A stretch of DNA of 64,000 bases from Halocafeteria seosinensis. Taxonomy: Eukaryota. The notes beneath the pieces are model-generated. The model was not told the origin of the DNA, searched no databases, and saw only the letters and a list, made by a program, of their open reading frames with translations. Location: NCBI GenBank assembly GCA_001687465.1, contig LVLI01000084.1, positions 186,001-250,000 on the forward strand, in the 5' to 3' direction. The first letter of the stretch is position 1, and each line of letters opens with the position of its first letter. The translations under genes and the position numbers were made by a program. Below, one piece after another: positions 17,041-28,438 of the stretch.

Positions 17041-18920
17041 CTAAATAGCGGCACTCGTATCGCAGTTATAGTTAACAAGCAGAGCAGCAGCCCGCTGTCT
17101 CACTCCCGTCCATACGCTTCCAGATTCATTGCAGTCCTTACCCGCACCCATACCGGAAAAGAGTAACAGCATTTCGTACAAATGCTTTCTGGCAGAGGGA
17201 CTAAACGGTTCAAACACGTCGCCAGTAACTTGCTGCCATTGTTGTAGCCACGAAAGAAATTTAGATGCCAATGCCTGGGTATGCTGGTCCAATTCGGGAT
17301 CGGCTTCAAACGCGACGTCTTTCGTGTTCTGGTCTCGCAGAATTAGGAGCATTGCATGGCATAGTGAGTTTACATAGTTGTTTGTCGTCCGCTGCGGAAG
17401 TTTCCTCCAATCTCTCCAATTAAGACACTCGATCGGAAGTAATATCTCCCATGGTAATCGATTTGTAAACCCCCGCTTCTTTTCATCGCAAAATGCCTTT
17501 GCATGCTCGATCCCAAATTGGACGGTGTCAGCAGCGCTGCTGGCAAGGTTCGAAATATTCAAGGCGGTACATTTTACTTGGAAAGTAAACCGCGAATTTT
17601 CTGAATGTCCCGTTGCAGCTTCAATATCTTCTTTTTCCGGGCGCACAGCGGTTTGATTGTTTCCTACAGCATCATCTGGACGTCCCTTGTCAACTTGTCC
17701 CTCGAGAATCTCGTTTCCAGACGCCAGAGAGACATCAGGAGAAATGTCAGCATTCCCAAAATTGAGATCCAAATCCTGCTTAGCTGGTATCCTTTCTACT
17801 TCCAAATCCGAATCTTCAGATTCTGTTTTTGGCCGTACACCCAGATACTGCTCAATTGCGCAAGCCGTGTACAACGCAGTCTCCCGAAGATGTGGTATCT
17901 GGAAAAGAATAAATAGCACACAGACTTGAGTCTCCCAAGTGCGATAGCGAGCAGGTCAATACTATCTTACTTTCGATTGCCGTACAAGTTCCATGGCCCA
18001 ACCTAGGATCTGTGATAATTTCGATGAAACTTCAGTTGCTTCTGGATCGTCGAGAGCGTAAGAAACCCAGACTTCAGCACATTCTAGAGCAGCCGCTGCC
18101 GCAGAGCCATATTCGGTGGTAGCAACTGCTTGAGCATTTTCCTCCAGCTCGCAAATGGCTCCTAAGACGGAGACACAGTAAGCACGCAGATACACACGAG
18201 GGTTGCTCTTTGGAATGTTGCTCAGTGCCAGATAGCCACAAGTCAAAGATTCAGAATCGGTTGTTCCTCGAAGAAACTCAAGCAGCCCTTCCAGCAACGT
18301 ATCGAACAGTTCTCCATAATCAAACAAAGGGACGTAAAACGACACTCTCCCGATAGTAGTCGCAATGCCGGCTTGTTCCGAAGCAACTTTTGCATTCAAT
18401 CGAAGTATGAGCTGGCAGAATGTATCCGCAACGTGGAGGAACTCTTTGCTTTCGTGGGCCTTACGCAAAAGAACTGCAATTGTATCAGCCGCAGCGTCCC
18501 AGAAGCGAGGGACTTTGAGACATCTGAGTGAAGCATTGAGAATGGCTTTGAAAGTATTTCCTTGAACAACCTCGTGGCTTGTTTCCTCCATGATCCCGGC
18601 GAGGAGTTTGAGGTATTGATGCTGCGTCGGCTCATCGAACTGAGTAAATTCGGACGCACGACGCTGCAGAAGAAACGAACATCAGCTCAAGTAAGAAATA
18701 TTCAAGTCAATCACATACAGTAGACACTATGACATACCAAAAGCAGCTTCACTTGGTGGACGGTAAGCTCATGTTTGGCGGTTCTGACGATCCGCGCATA
18801 CCCTGTCTCCCTCGTCTCATGGCGTGTTAATTGATCCAGAGCTATATAGGCTTCATGCAAGCGTCTATCCTGCTCTTCCTCTTGTCGTGTCTTCTTGCGC
18901 TTTTTTCTGTTGAGGGCCAT
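17041..18920 (-). CDS. HEAT/TOG protein resembling SPIRAL2/TORTIFOLIA1, 3 exons
   Basis: Spliced N-terminus (ALDQLTRHETRETG...ELTVHQVKLLL|RRASE...LRCLK...WDAAADTIAVL) and a C-terminal helical block FLSWLQQW, both recalled as similar to plant SPR2/TOR1. Confidence 0.55.
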
Positions 18921-19199
18921 CACTTCACCAAGGCGCCATACGTATATGTTCAAGGGCCGCCGTTCTCCAGACAGCACACATGATGGTCCTACTTGCCAGT
19001 TCCGCTCCTTTAAGCTACAGTAACATGATAATACGAGTCCCTCCTATCGATTATGGAGTCCCGGCAACCTAACAATACTATGGGGCGAACAGCTTGTGAA
19101 GTTGCTTCCAACTTGAAGTTCCAGCCAGACACTGGCAGTACCATCAGTCTATCAGACTATCATACTATCAGTATTGATTTCAATTTGGCTTAACGTGAC

Positions 19200-19742
19200 T
19201 TGTTCGACTGTGCTTACACATTCAAAGGTTGTTGCAATTGGCTGTCGACAGTCTGTTGTACAACAACGGTACGTACTGGCGAATCCAGAGATCAAACTTC
19301 CTGAGTCGACCTACTGTACACTGTGACTGTATATGTACTAGAATCTAGGTTGTCGCACTTAAAGGCGTGCAGGACGAACCCTGGTGCAACACATTTACAG
19401 ACGAGTTCAGCCGACCATGTGGTGGTCTAAGCTAGCACACTAATGGGGTATCATTACCATTCTTATCGGTACTGTCACTGTTGCCGTGGTGTCGGGAATC
19501 CTATGGTAGCTGCAACGGAGAGCGAGGATGCAACAGCAGGAGAGCCAGATGCAGAATGAACTCGAGGAAAACATCAAGAGGCGTGAGGCGAAAGTAGCGA
19601 AGGCGGGAGCGAGGGTAACTCAGAACAGCTTGCGATGCTTTCTGAACACATAAGAGAATCCCAAGGGGTGCGGGAGATGAAGGAAGAGTTTCCTGGAAAG
19701 TTTGGAAGAGTAGCACAAGATGATGATGTGGATTTAATTTGA
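19200..19742 (+). pseudogene. Decayed type-I membrane protein gene fragment
   Basis: TM helix WGIITILIGTVTVAVVSGILW flanked by in-frame TAA (19441) and TAG (19507), followed by QRRAR, a coiled coil and a frameshifted acidic tail ending in TGA at 19742. Upstream is a Cys-rich stretch and a GTACGT donor near 19269. Confidence 0.5.
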
Positions 19743-19799
19743 TCTAATTCAAATACTGAAAGATAGTGAGCCTTCCAGTGTTCCATGGCCTCTTGAATG

Positions 19800-22497
19800 T
19801 TAGTTATTTGAGAGAGAACATAATTCAGTTCTGTGCTCGGAAAGGAACTTAATCAGTGATTCTCGGATATTCTGTGTAGGAAGCGTACCCTCTCTGGCTT
19901 GATCTATATCTCCCGGTAGCGACGAAAGCGACTCAGCAAAAGATTTAGCAAGTTCACTCTCGAACTTAGAGCGCTTAGGAGCTTTTCCACTGCTAAGTAA
20001 TACTCTTCCTTGAGCGGAGATAGACTCTAGTTCTCGCGCCTTCGTTTTGGCATCTTCAATGACATCCTTGGGGAATGAAGCTAATTCAGCAACATGGATA
20101 CCAAACGAAGATGGGCAAGCGCCTTCTCGCACATTATACAGCATGGTGATCGTGCCTGTATCGGTATGTGCGGTCACATGCCGGTTGACAACGCCATCAA
20201 CACAATCTTCCAACGCTGTCAGCTCGTGGAAATGGGTGGCAAACAAAGCAAAGCAACACGTTGAACGGGCCAAATGTTCCGAAATAGACCAAGCCAAGCC
20301 AAACCCATCGTAGGTGGAGGTTCCTCTTCCTAGCTCATCGATTATTACAAGAGAATTCTCTGTTGCTGTGCGAAGAATACAGGAAGCCTCCAGCATTTCG
20401 GCCATGAATGTTGACACGCCCCGTAACTGCGAATCTCCAGCACCAACACGCGCTAGTACGCAATCCATCACGGGAAGACACGCGGAGTCTGCGGGAACAA
20501 AGCACCCTATTTGTGCTAAGATAGATATTGTGCCAAGCTGTCGAATGTATGTGCTTTTTCCACCCATATTGGGACCAGTAATCAATTGGAAATGGGAAGG
20601 TGCCCGGGGTCCATTTCCCGACGGGGAAGAGGCATCGTTGCTACAGGTGTTCTTGCTTGCTTGGTTTCGCCTGTACAAACGGTAATCATTTGCGATGAAG
20701 TTCGTATTCTCTTGGACTTCCATGACTGGATGTCGAGCCTGTTCAAGTACAATGTCGCCTTCTCCTAATCCGTAAACTGTGGGACGCATGTACGGAACGG
20801 GGGCGAACACAGATAGATGAGCCATCGCTTGCAAAGCATCTAGCTCGGCAATGTTAGCAGAAACAGTCTCGATAACCGGCGAATACGTTCTGACAATCTC
20901 AACTGCATCACGAATCAGGCTTTTTTGCTTCTCTTCATATTCTGCCGAAAGATCACGGAAGTCTTTCCCTAGCTGATGCAACCCGTTCTTCCCCTCAGTG
21001 GTGAAATATATCCCATCCTTCAACACTGTACACACAGTTACACCCGCTTGTTTACGGATCGTTTTGTCGTGTTTCTTCGCAGCCCTGAATACATAGCCTC
21101 GTTGTTTGTCCTTCTCGCACTTAGCATCCAGATCCCTACCCCAGCCGTTTATCACCTTTTCCGCTGCTTCTGCTACTTTACTCTCAACGCTCTGAAGCTT
21201 GTCCGCTATTTGATGTAAGTCTTCATCCCACTCTGGATTGATTCGCGGTTCAGGAGCGTTTACATCTTCAATGATTTTTTCCACAAGCTCACATAGCTTT
21301 CCAAACTCCGAATGAGCCCATTCCAACCGCTTGATATACTGTTCATGCAGTATATTTGCACCCGCACTGGCAGGTTCTTCCATATTCTTGTTACCTTCCT
21401 CATCTTCGCCTTCCAAGACATTTCGCTTTAAAGTGTCAATGATGCTTGGCAACGTTTGCACAAAGTGGTACAGCCTAAGTATATCCTGCAGCGAGGCATA
21501 ACGTCGATGAAGCCTGGCATTCAATGAGTCTAAATCGGGAATTCGCTGCAAATCAAGCAATCAAGAATAGCAAGTTAGCATGGCTGGGTATGGTGAAGGT
21601 ACAGCGAACATGCACTAACCATTTTTTCCTTCATTTCTTCGCGCAACTGCGTGTTATCTACGAACGTTTGAACCACATCCTGTCGGGATTTGATCTGCTG
21701 TACATCAATTAGTGGAGTCAGAAGCCATTGCTTGACTTTCCTAGAGCCACATTTAGACCAACACCCTTGGCTCAACAGTCCCCACATGTGGCTAAGGACA
21801 TCGTCGCCTTTCCTCGTGGGGAGTAGGTTGAGTGCACGCACGGCCGCATTGTCGAGGCGCATGTGACCTTCCACAGTTCCTTCAGAGAGCATAAAGGCTC
21901 CATGGTTGGTAGAATCTTGGATAAGCCCTTCCTTTTCGATAAGAACGGCCAGAGACTTTAAGGCGAGCGCTTTATCGTTATTGAGATCTCCATAGAAGGC
22001 GAGTGATTCCTCGCCTAAAAGGGTGCAGATATCTTGCTTGGACCCTTCAAGACTAGACGGCTTCTGCTGTACGAACTCAACAGAACTTCCTGTGACCTCA
22101 GCGATGGAGTTAAGCTTCTTTTGATCTCCTGTAGAAGAAAAAAGCATGTAGAGAATAGAAGCACACAACATGAGCTATCCAGCAGCCGCGTACCATCTGT
22201 TCCCCCTGTGGTTTGAATAATGTATGTTTTCGTGGGCTGATGCCGAACCAGTATCGATTCCGTGTGGGTAAAATATTCATTATCGGGTGCTTGATACAGA
22301 GAGAACTCGCCAAATTTTGGATCCTCTCTGCCGTGCCGATTTCTGGCAGAGGCAATGGCGATGCCAGCTCGGCAGATTTCATGTGACGGGTTCGAGATAT
22401 ACACACAAGCCACCGTATCCATCAAGGAGGTCATGTTGTTGAGGGCAGCTTGTTGCTGCTGGATCATGTCCACATCCTCCTCATTCTGGCCTGGCAT
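19800..22497 (-). CDS. MSH2: DNA mismatch repair protein MSH2, 3 exons (introns about 22193-22129 and 21619-21546), apparently lacking domain I
   Basis: MRLDNAAVRALNL, QARHP, ITGPNMGGKSTYIRQ, ARVGAGDSQLRGVSTFMAEMLE, IIDELGRGTSTYDGFGLAW, FATHFHEL, SFGIHVAELASFP. Confidence 0.95.
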
Positions 22498-22840
22498 TTC
22501 TGTCCCTTGTTTCGTTCAAAAAACAACAAAGCGTTATCTGTATTTCAAATCGCGTGAGAGTCCCTGTCCAGGTATAGAATTCTAGTACCAATCGAAAAAA
22601 ATAAAAAATAAAAGTATGTTTAACTCTTTTTCTTTTTTTCCCCCACTGTGACAATCATGGAATGAATAGCCTACTCATTTAGGCCGGCCGAATGCGGTGG
22701 GAGTGGTGAGATTCAAATGTGAAGTAGCTTGAGTGAAGTGTACGGTAGTTACACACTGTGTACCTGAACATTGTGCCCAAACATTGTGGGTTACAATTTA
22801 TGGGTGCCCTCACCCGGGGTTACGGTTACATTGGACTCAC

Positions 22841-23132
22841 AATGGTTGGAGCACCACTGCCAGTCTCTGAATCCCAACTACGAGAGGAACGTCCCGGTTC
22901 CCGAGGAAAAAAATTCCGCAGAGGAGACTCATGTGGATTTTCTGGGAGGAATAGGGACTAATACTTATGCTACTCTAGTATTAGGTTAGTAATGGTTGGA
23001 GCACCACTGCCAGTCTCTGAATCCCAACTACGAGAGGAACGTCCCGGTTCCCGAGGAAAAAAATTCCGCAGGGGAGACTCATGTGGATTTTCTGGGAGGA
23101 ATAGGGACTAATACTTATGCTACTCTAGTATT
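22841..23132. repeat. Tandem duplication, 2 x 142 bp (22841-22982 and 22991-23132), 8-bp spacer
   Basis: Direct read-through comparison shows identity except A22922 versus G23072. Confidence 0.95.
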
Positions 23133-23286
23133 TCTCGCGAGACTAAGGATTAGGAACTCGCCTCCGTTGCCCTAGCTAGGAACAGAATTTCTGGAAGCCA
23201 TTTAGCTCGATGCGTTTGCCCATACTGCATGTTACATCTTCATCGTGACCCGTCAGTATCGTCGCAGTGTGGTGTGTATTATATTG

Positions 23287-23337
23287 GTATTACATTTGTA
23301 ATACATTGATACTACCGGAAGACACGTCTTCCGGTAG
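23287..23337. repeat. Two adjacent perfect inverted repeats
   Basis: GTATTACA-tt-TGTAATAC (23287-23304) and CTACCGGAAGAC-ac-GTCTTCCGGTAG (23312-23337). Confidence 0.9.
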
Positions 23338-24268
23338 GAGCAATACTAGGAAACACACACGCACGGAAGACATGGGAGAAATCTATCGGAGTGTACTAGG
23401 CATGCTACGTTAGGAGTAAACCCTTCCCACTACCAAAACCGCATTCTTTCACCACTTTATCAGTCCTCATTCCAAGACAAAATGCCAAACCCATTGGGAT
23501 TTCCTGTACGTGTACATGTATGTCGCGTCACCGACTTTACATGTCCGAGTTTCCGGGCTTACACTTGTGTTCATTGCTCTGTTTTAAATTTCCTCCTCAC
23601 TAGATAGAGCGCTTATAGACAGAATACATACGAAATCTTATTTCTGGATCTGAACCTCGCCTTTACAAGTTGTTATCACGGTATTATTACACCCAGCAAC
23701 CGCTAAGCCAGTAAGCAACGGACCGTGGCCCATCGTACCTAGGACTTGATTGACGCATGGCGTTGGACACTGGTTAATGTTCCTTGCTTAGGTGGGCAAT
23801 GGTGGTAGACTTGTGTGGGCGCATGCTGTTGGTCCGGTATCGCGTGTAGGTATGTGAAATGAAATTCCTGTGCTGATGGTCGCAGACTCGCAGCGACGAC
23901 GCGCCAAAAAACCATCAACGAACAAAAAAACGGAGACGTGTTTTTCTCCGCCACCATCGTGCATCCAATTCATTCGTGTAGAGTTACTCTACGGAATCGC
24001 TCCCGTCTTGTAGGACGTTTTTTCGTCGTCTAATTCGTCGGTCTTGCGTCGAACAGCCAAAAATCCGAGAACCACCTTACCTAACGGGCTAACAGAAGCG
24101 CAAGAACGGTCCGTCTTGTTAGGAGGTCTTCCTTCAGGTCATTTAGGCCCACCAGTGCGTATTTTGGTTCCTTATACAGGTTTTCATGTGCATGGAAGTA
24201 CCTTTGTGAGGGACGAGCCAGAATAAACTATTGTGGGCGCTGTATACACGGGGGAAAGTTGGACGAAA

Positions 24269-26949
24269 ATGAGCCGCTCCTCTCCCAAGGGTTTATCTCC
24301 CCAAGGCTCATCTTCCTCTAAACATCCCTACAGGATGAATGTTGCCGTTCGTGTGGCTCCTTCAGAGGATAATGCAAGAGATCGTGACGCTAGGCAGCAG
24401 CTGGATCAGCAGAATGAGTGGGCGAACGCCACTGGGGTCCTCACAGTCTCCCCCGACCATCAAACTCTGATGGCACCCGATCCGACTCTACAAAGCATGA
24501 TTCGCTTTGATTTCGACGACTTGTGGACAGGGAACAATTGTGTAGAACCCATGACGGGACACCATATTAAGCCGCTAATCGATCACACCCTAGCGGGCAA
24601 GTCGGCCTTGTTTGCGCTGTTTGGGGAAAATGATGCAAAACAGGATCAACTCATGGAGACAACAAACACCACCGATTACGGTATGTTAGAGCACATGTGT
24701 AAATTAATTCATTTGGTTACCTTTACAAGGTAACTTTGCTTCGGTGCAGGGCTTCTCATTGCCACTGCTGGCAGATTATTCAGCGCGTTGCAGGGGGAGA
24801 ACAATTTGGATGAAAGTCTTAGAGAATCCTGGCAGAGTAAAGTTCGTGTTTCTTGGTATGAAATACGAGATGATAGGATTTTCGACCTACTCAGTATCAG
24901 TGGAGGCGAGGGCCCCGGAAAGAATCTGCAATTTCGGGATGATCCTCAGTTAGGTTGTGTAGTCCCGGGGTTATGGGAAGTGGAGATATCTGGGCCTCAT
25001 GATGTCGCGAAACTAATCAATAGTGTGCGGAAGAAAATACCTTCGTCCGCATCGGAAGGGACGCATAGCGTTTTCGTCTATACGGTACAGCAAACTCCTG
25101 TCAGCTCGCAGCAGGGAAAAGGCAAGCTCTCTCCGAGAATTGCTCAACTCTCCTTCCTTCACATGGGAAGTGCCAGTGCTGTGGATCAGTCTCAGGCTGA
25201 CGGGGTGCAAAAATGGGTGAGGGTCCTCCAGGAAGTGTTACAAGGTCTGGAGGCACGTACTCCAGTAGTTCCATGGACGAATAGCAAGCTGACGACGTTG
25301 TTGCGCGATCCGATGTGTGGCCGTATTAGCTCCGTTCTTCTTGCTTTTGTTGAATCTAGCATTGACAGCGTTGCCTCCACATGCGCCTCGCTTAAATTTG
25401 CTTCAAGGATTTACTCTTTGGGGCAAAGAAGTGCATTAGATCGGAAAGAGTCAGAGCATAACTTTTACGAAAGAGACTCTCCGAAGGCGTCTCTTGGAGA
25501 GAGGGCGGTAGCTGCCGTACAAAGTTCCCCAACTGGATCTCGCTCTGGAAGGCACAGTCCACATTCTCCCAAGGCGTCAAGAAATCCTCGCAGAGAGCAA
25601 TTCTCCGAAGCCGTGGAATATACAGAGGATTATCAACAATCTCCTTTGCAAGTGCAAGAACTATCACAACGCCAGGGGCATGACAGGTCCCAGACAGAGG
25701 GAGGATCCGGCGATCATTCTTCCCCTCGACGTAGTGCTCACGCTCGTGTTTTACGAGAGGCTGCGGCCAGTGACTCCACGGGGAAGGAAATACCAACTCT
25801 CACCGAGGCTGAGCATGTAGCCTCAAAGATGCATTCTCTGGCGGAGAAGGGTGATAGCAGTGCAAAATGGTTTACAGCGATGCTATCAGCACTTGAATCT
25901 AGCAGGGAGGAAGTGAAGCATCTCCAGCAGCGACTACATAGGACTCTCGATGAGTTGCAGCGTTCGGACAGCGAACGTAGGCAGCTGGAAGAGCAGACAA
26001 ATAGCTTACGACAGGAACTTCAAAACGCAGACATCCCTGTTCAGGCTCGTGAGCAAATTAAACAACTTAGGAAAGACCTGAAGAGTAAAGCACAAGAAGT
26101 GCGTGACTATGAACTGTACAGAGATGTAATGGAGTCGACGATGTCCCGTTTGAAAGGGGAAGTAACAAAGCTTGTAAACGATAGGGATTCCGCTCAAAGA
26201 GCAGCACGAAGCTCTCAACACTCTGCTCGAAAAGAAAGAGAGGAAGCAGCTCAGTACAAACGCCAGGTGAACCAAATGCAAAGGGATATGCAAGAATTAC
26301 AAGCTCAAAACCGACGGCTACAAGAGAGATGTAAGCGAGCGGAAACCCAAGCTGAGGCAGCATCTCACCAGAAAGAAGTATGTCTCATCTTACCTCCCCT
26401 ATCTATTGTGTTTCTCATGAGCCTCTTGTTTCTGTTGTTGCTTTACAGGCTTCACTAGCAATGTATGAAGACTTCGCTGAAAGTGAAAGAGAGAATCTTC
26501 AGTCACAGCTCGGTGATGCGAAGGCGAGACTTGCTCGGTACGCGAGTGGGAAAGGCGACAAGGAGGGTTCACAGCAAGCGAACCATGTTAGCTTTCATAG
26601 CCCGCAAAATGCTACGCGCTCCAATGTTGGTGGAGAACAGACTGGTCATCAAAGCTACGGAGGTGATATGGACGACGAATCGTTATTGAATGCTGTGAGG
26701 GGAACTGCTGCTGATGTCCTCCATGCGGTGCAAACCGGAGATAATCAACAAAAGAGCGGTGGGCAGGGGAATGCAAAGAATCAAAAATCTTCATCTAGCA
26801 ACCGAGATGCTCTCGTCAAAGGGCTCAAGGCGGATATGAGTCAAGGGAATAATACGTCTCGACAGTCATCGGCTCGTCGGGGGACGACGCCGGTTGGACG
26901 GGTCCCGGGTGGCCATACTGCCCAGAGGAGTACAAGTAGACGGAAGTGA
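24269..26949 (+). CDS. Kinesin-fold protein with degenerate nucleotide motifs and a coiled-coil tail, 3 exons
   Basis: MNVAVRV, FDFDDLW, VRVSWYEIRDDRIFDLL, HSVF, VPWTNSKLTTLLRD and SLKFASR. Introns 24681-24749 and about 26378-26448 restore the frame. Confidence 0.85.
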
Positions 26950-26976
26950 ATGGATCAGTGCGCGCGAACGTTTTGT

Positions 26977-28213
26977 TCATTTTCCCATGATCTTTTGGCG
27001 ACGAGACTTGTCGCGCTGCAATGCAGAGGCTGCTCTCTGCTCCTCTTTTTGCCATAGTCTACCGCTTTGGGTTTTAAACGACCGTTTTGGTGGCGCGGTC
27101 TCGTAATCCAGGATGAGGCCCCTGCCTCCTAACTGGACCTTGCTATTCTTGGCTGCTTTCATCACTTTATCGACCCCTTTAGTAGTTTCAAACTGGATGT
27201 ATCCGAATCCCTTAAGCCTTTGGGTATGGTTCCACCGTGCGAGCCTGACGCTGGTTATATCACCAAACTGTTGGAAGTACTCTCTTACCGCCTGTTCCGT
27301 TGTATCGTAAGGCAAGTTTTTGGCATAAATTGTCCGGCATGATGGGGGACGTGGTCTCTTTGGTCCTGTAGAGAAGAGGAGACCAAGCGGATATTATTAC
27401 GCTTAAATTGACACACTTAGTCTTTGCTAGGTCTTGATGGCAAGAGTAGCGAAAAATAGTGACACACCAGAGTAACGCTTGTCTGTGTACCCCAAAACGC
27501 TAGTAAACACGCACAATGTTCTTACCTCTCGATTGTGTATCCTTTGGTAAGTTTGCACGACGAATAGTCAAATATCTTCCGAGATGTGTCAGTCCATCTT
27601 TATCCAGAGCCTTCTTGCATGCATCGGAGTCAGCGAATTCGATGTGGCAATAACCCTTAGGCTTACCGCTATCTTGATACCGCGGCATGCGAATGGACAG
27701 TATCTCGCCACAAGTTTGGAAAACCTCTGCCATATCGTTTTCATCGGCATCGTATGAGATACCTTCTACAAATACGGTCAAATCAGCCTTATCTTCGTTT
27801 TGATTCTCCTCTGACTCTCGTGGACGCTTCTTGCCACTCTCCTTCTTCGACTGGTCTATCTTTGTTTCTTTCGCCACCGGCATCTGAGGCTGCGTCTCGC
27901 TAGCTTCATCTTCGGAACTTGAGGAAGACGATGATTCATCCTCATCGTCATCAGCATCGTCATGTCCTCCGGCGGTAGAATTACTGGTGGCGGGCTTCAC
28001 ATTCGAGTTTTTCTCTTCCTCTCCGTTGTCCGATGAGGAAGATGATGCAGACGAATCTTCAGCCTCCTCATCACTATCACTATCATCGTCATCGTGGGAT
28101 GCTTGCTGTATGGCAGCTGTCTGAGCTTCATTTTTCTCCTCTTCTTCGCCAGAGGAGCTACTCTCGCTGCTGCTCTCTTGCTCCTTCATTTTACCTTCTT
28201 CGACACCAGCCAT
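26977..28213 (-). CDS. Nucleolin/Nsr1/Gar2-like protein: acidic-Ser N-terminus + 2 RRM, 2 exons (intron 27525-27366)
   Basis: S/D/E-rich N-terminus; RNP motifs TVFVEGISY...KGYCHIEF and TIYAKNLPY...KGFGYIQF. Confidence 0.85.
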
Positions 28214-28438
28214 TGTACCATGCAAAAGAATATATATTTTTGGGGTGTCAGTATGCCAAACACGTCCATTAACCTCATCTATGCACCAATTCTAGCGGGA
28301 TGTTCATTCCCTCAAGTTGAAGTTGGACACCGGTGACAAGAGATACGCTAATAACAGAGGTTTATATGAGATGAATTTTGCTTGGTTTTTTTTTTTGTCA
28401 ATACGATAGTAAATGAATAAATCTAAAACTGAGACAGA

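Noticed and set aside
19441..19509. In-frame TAA/TAG suggesting an alternative genetic code
   Set aside because: TAA, TAG and TGA all end conserved genes at the expected positions, and none occurs inside conserved exons.
20590..20680. Insertion just before the MSH2 Walker A as a possible intein
   Set aside because: Only about 20 aa, with no intein N- or C-terminal splicing motifs.
22658..23475. Short inverted matches (TGGAATGA, GAATGCGGT) flanking the duplication, as possible TIRs
   Set aside because: Only 8-9 bp with unequal spacing and no target-site duplication seen.
27366..27525. 160-nt intron of the nucleolin-like gene as a snoRNA host
   Set aside because: Some stems are present, but no box C/D or properly placed H/ACA boxes on the sense strand.
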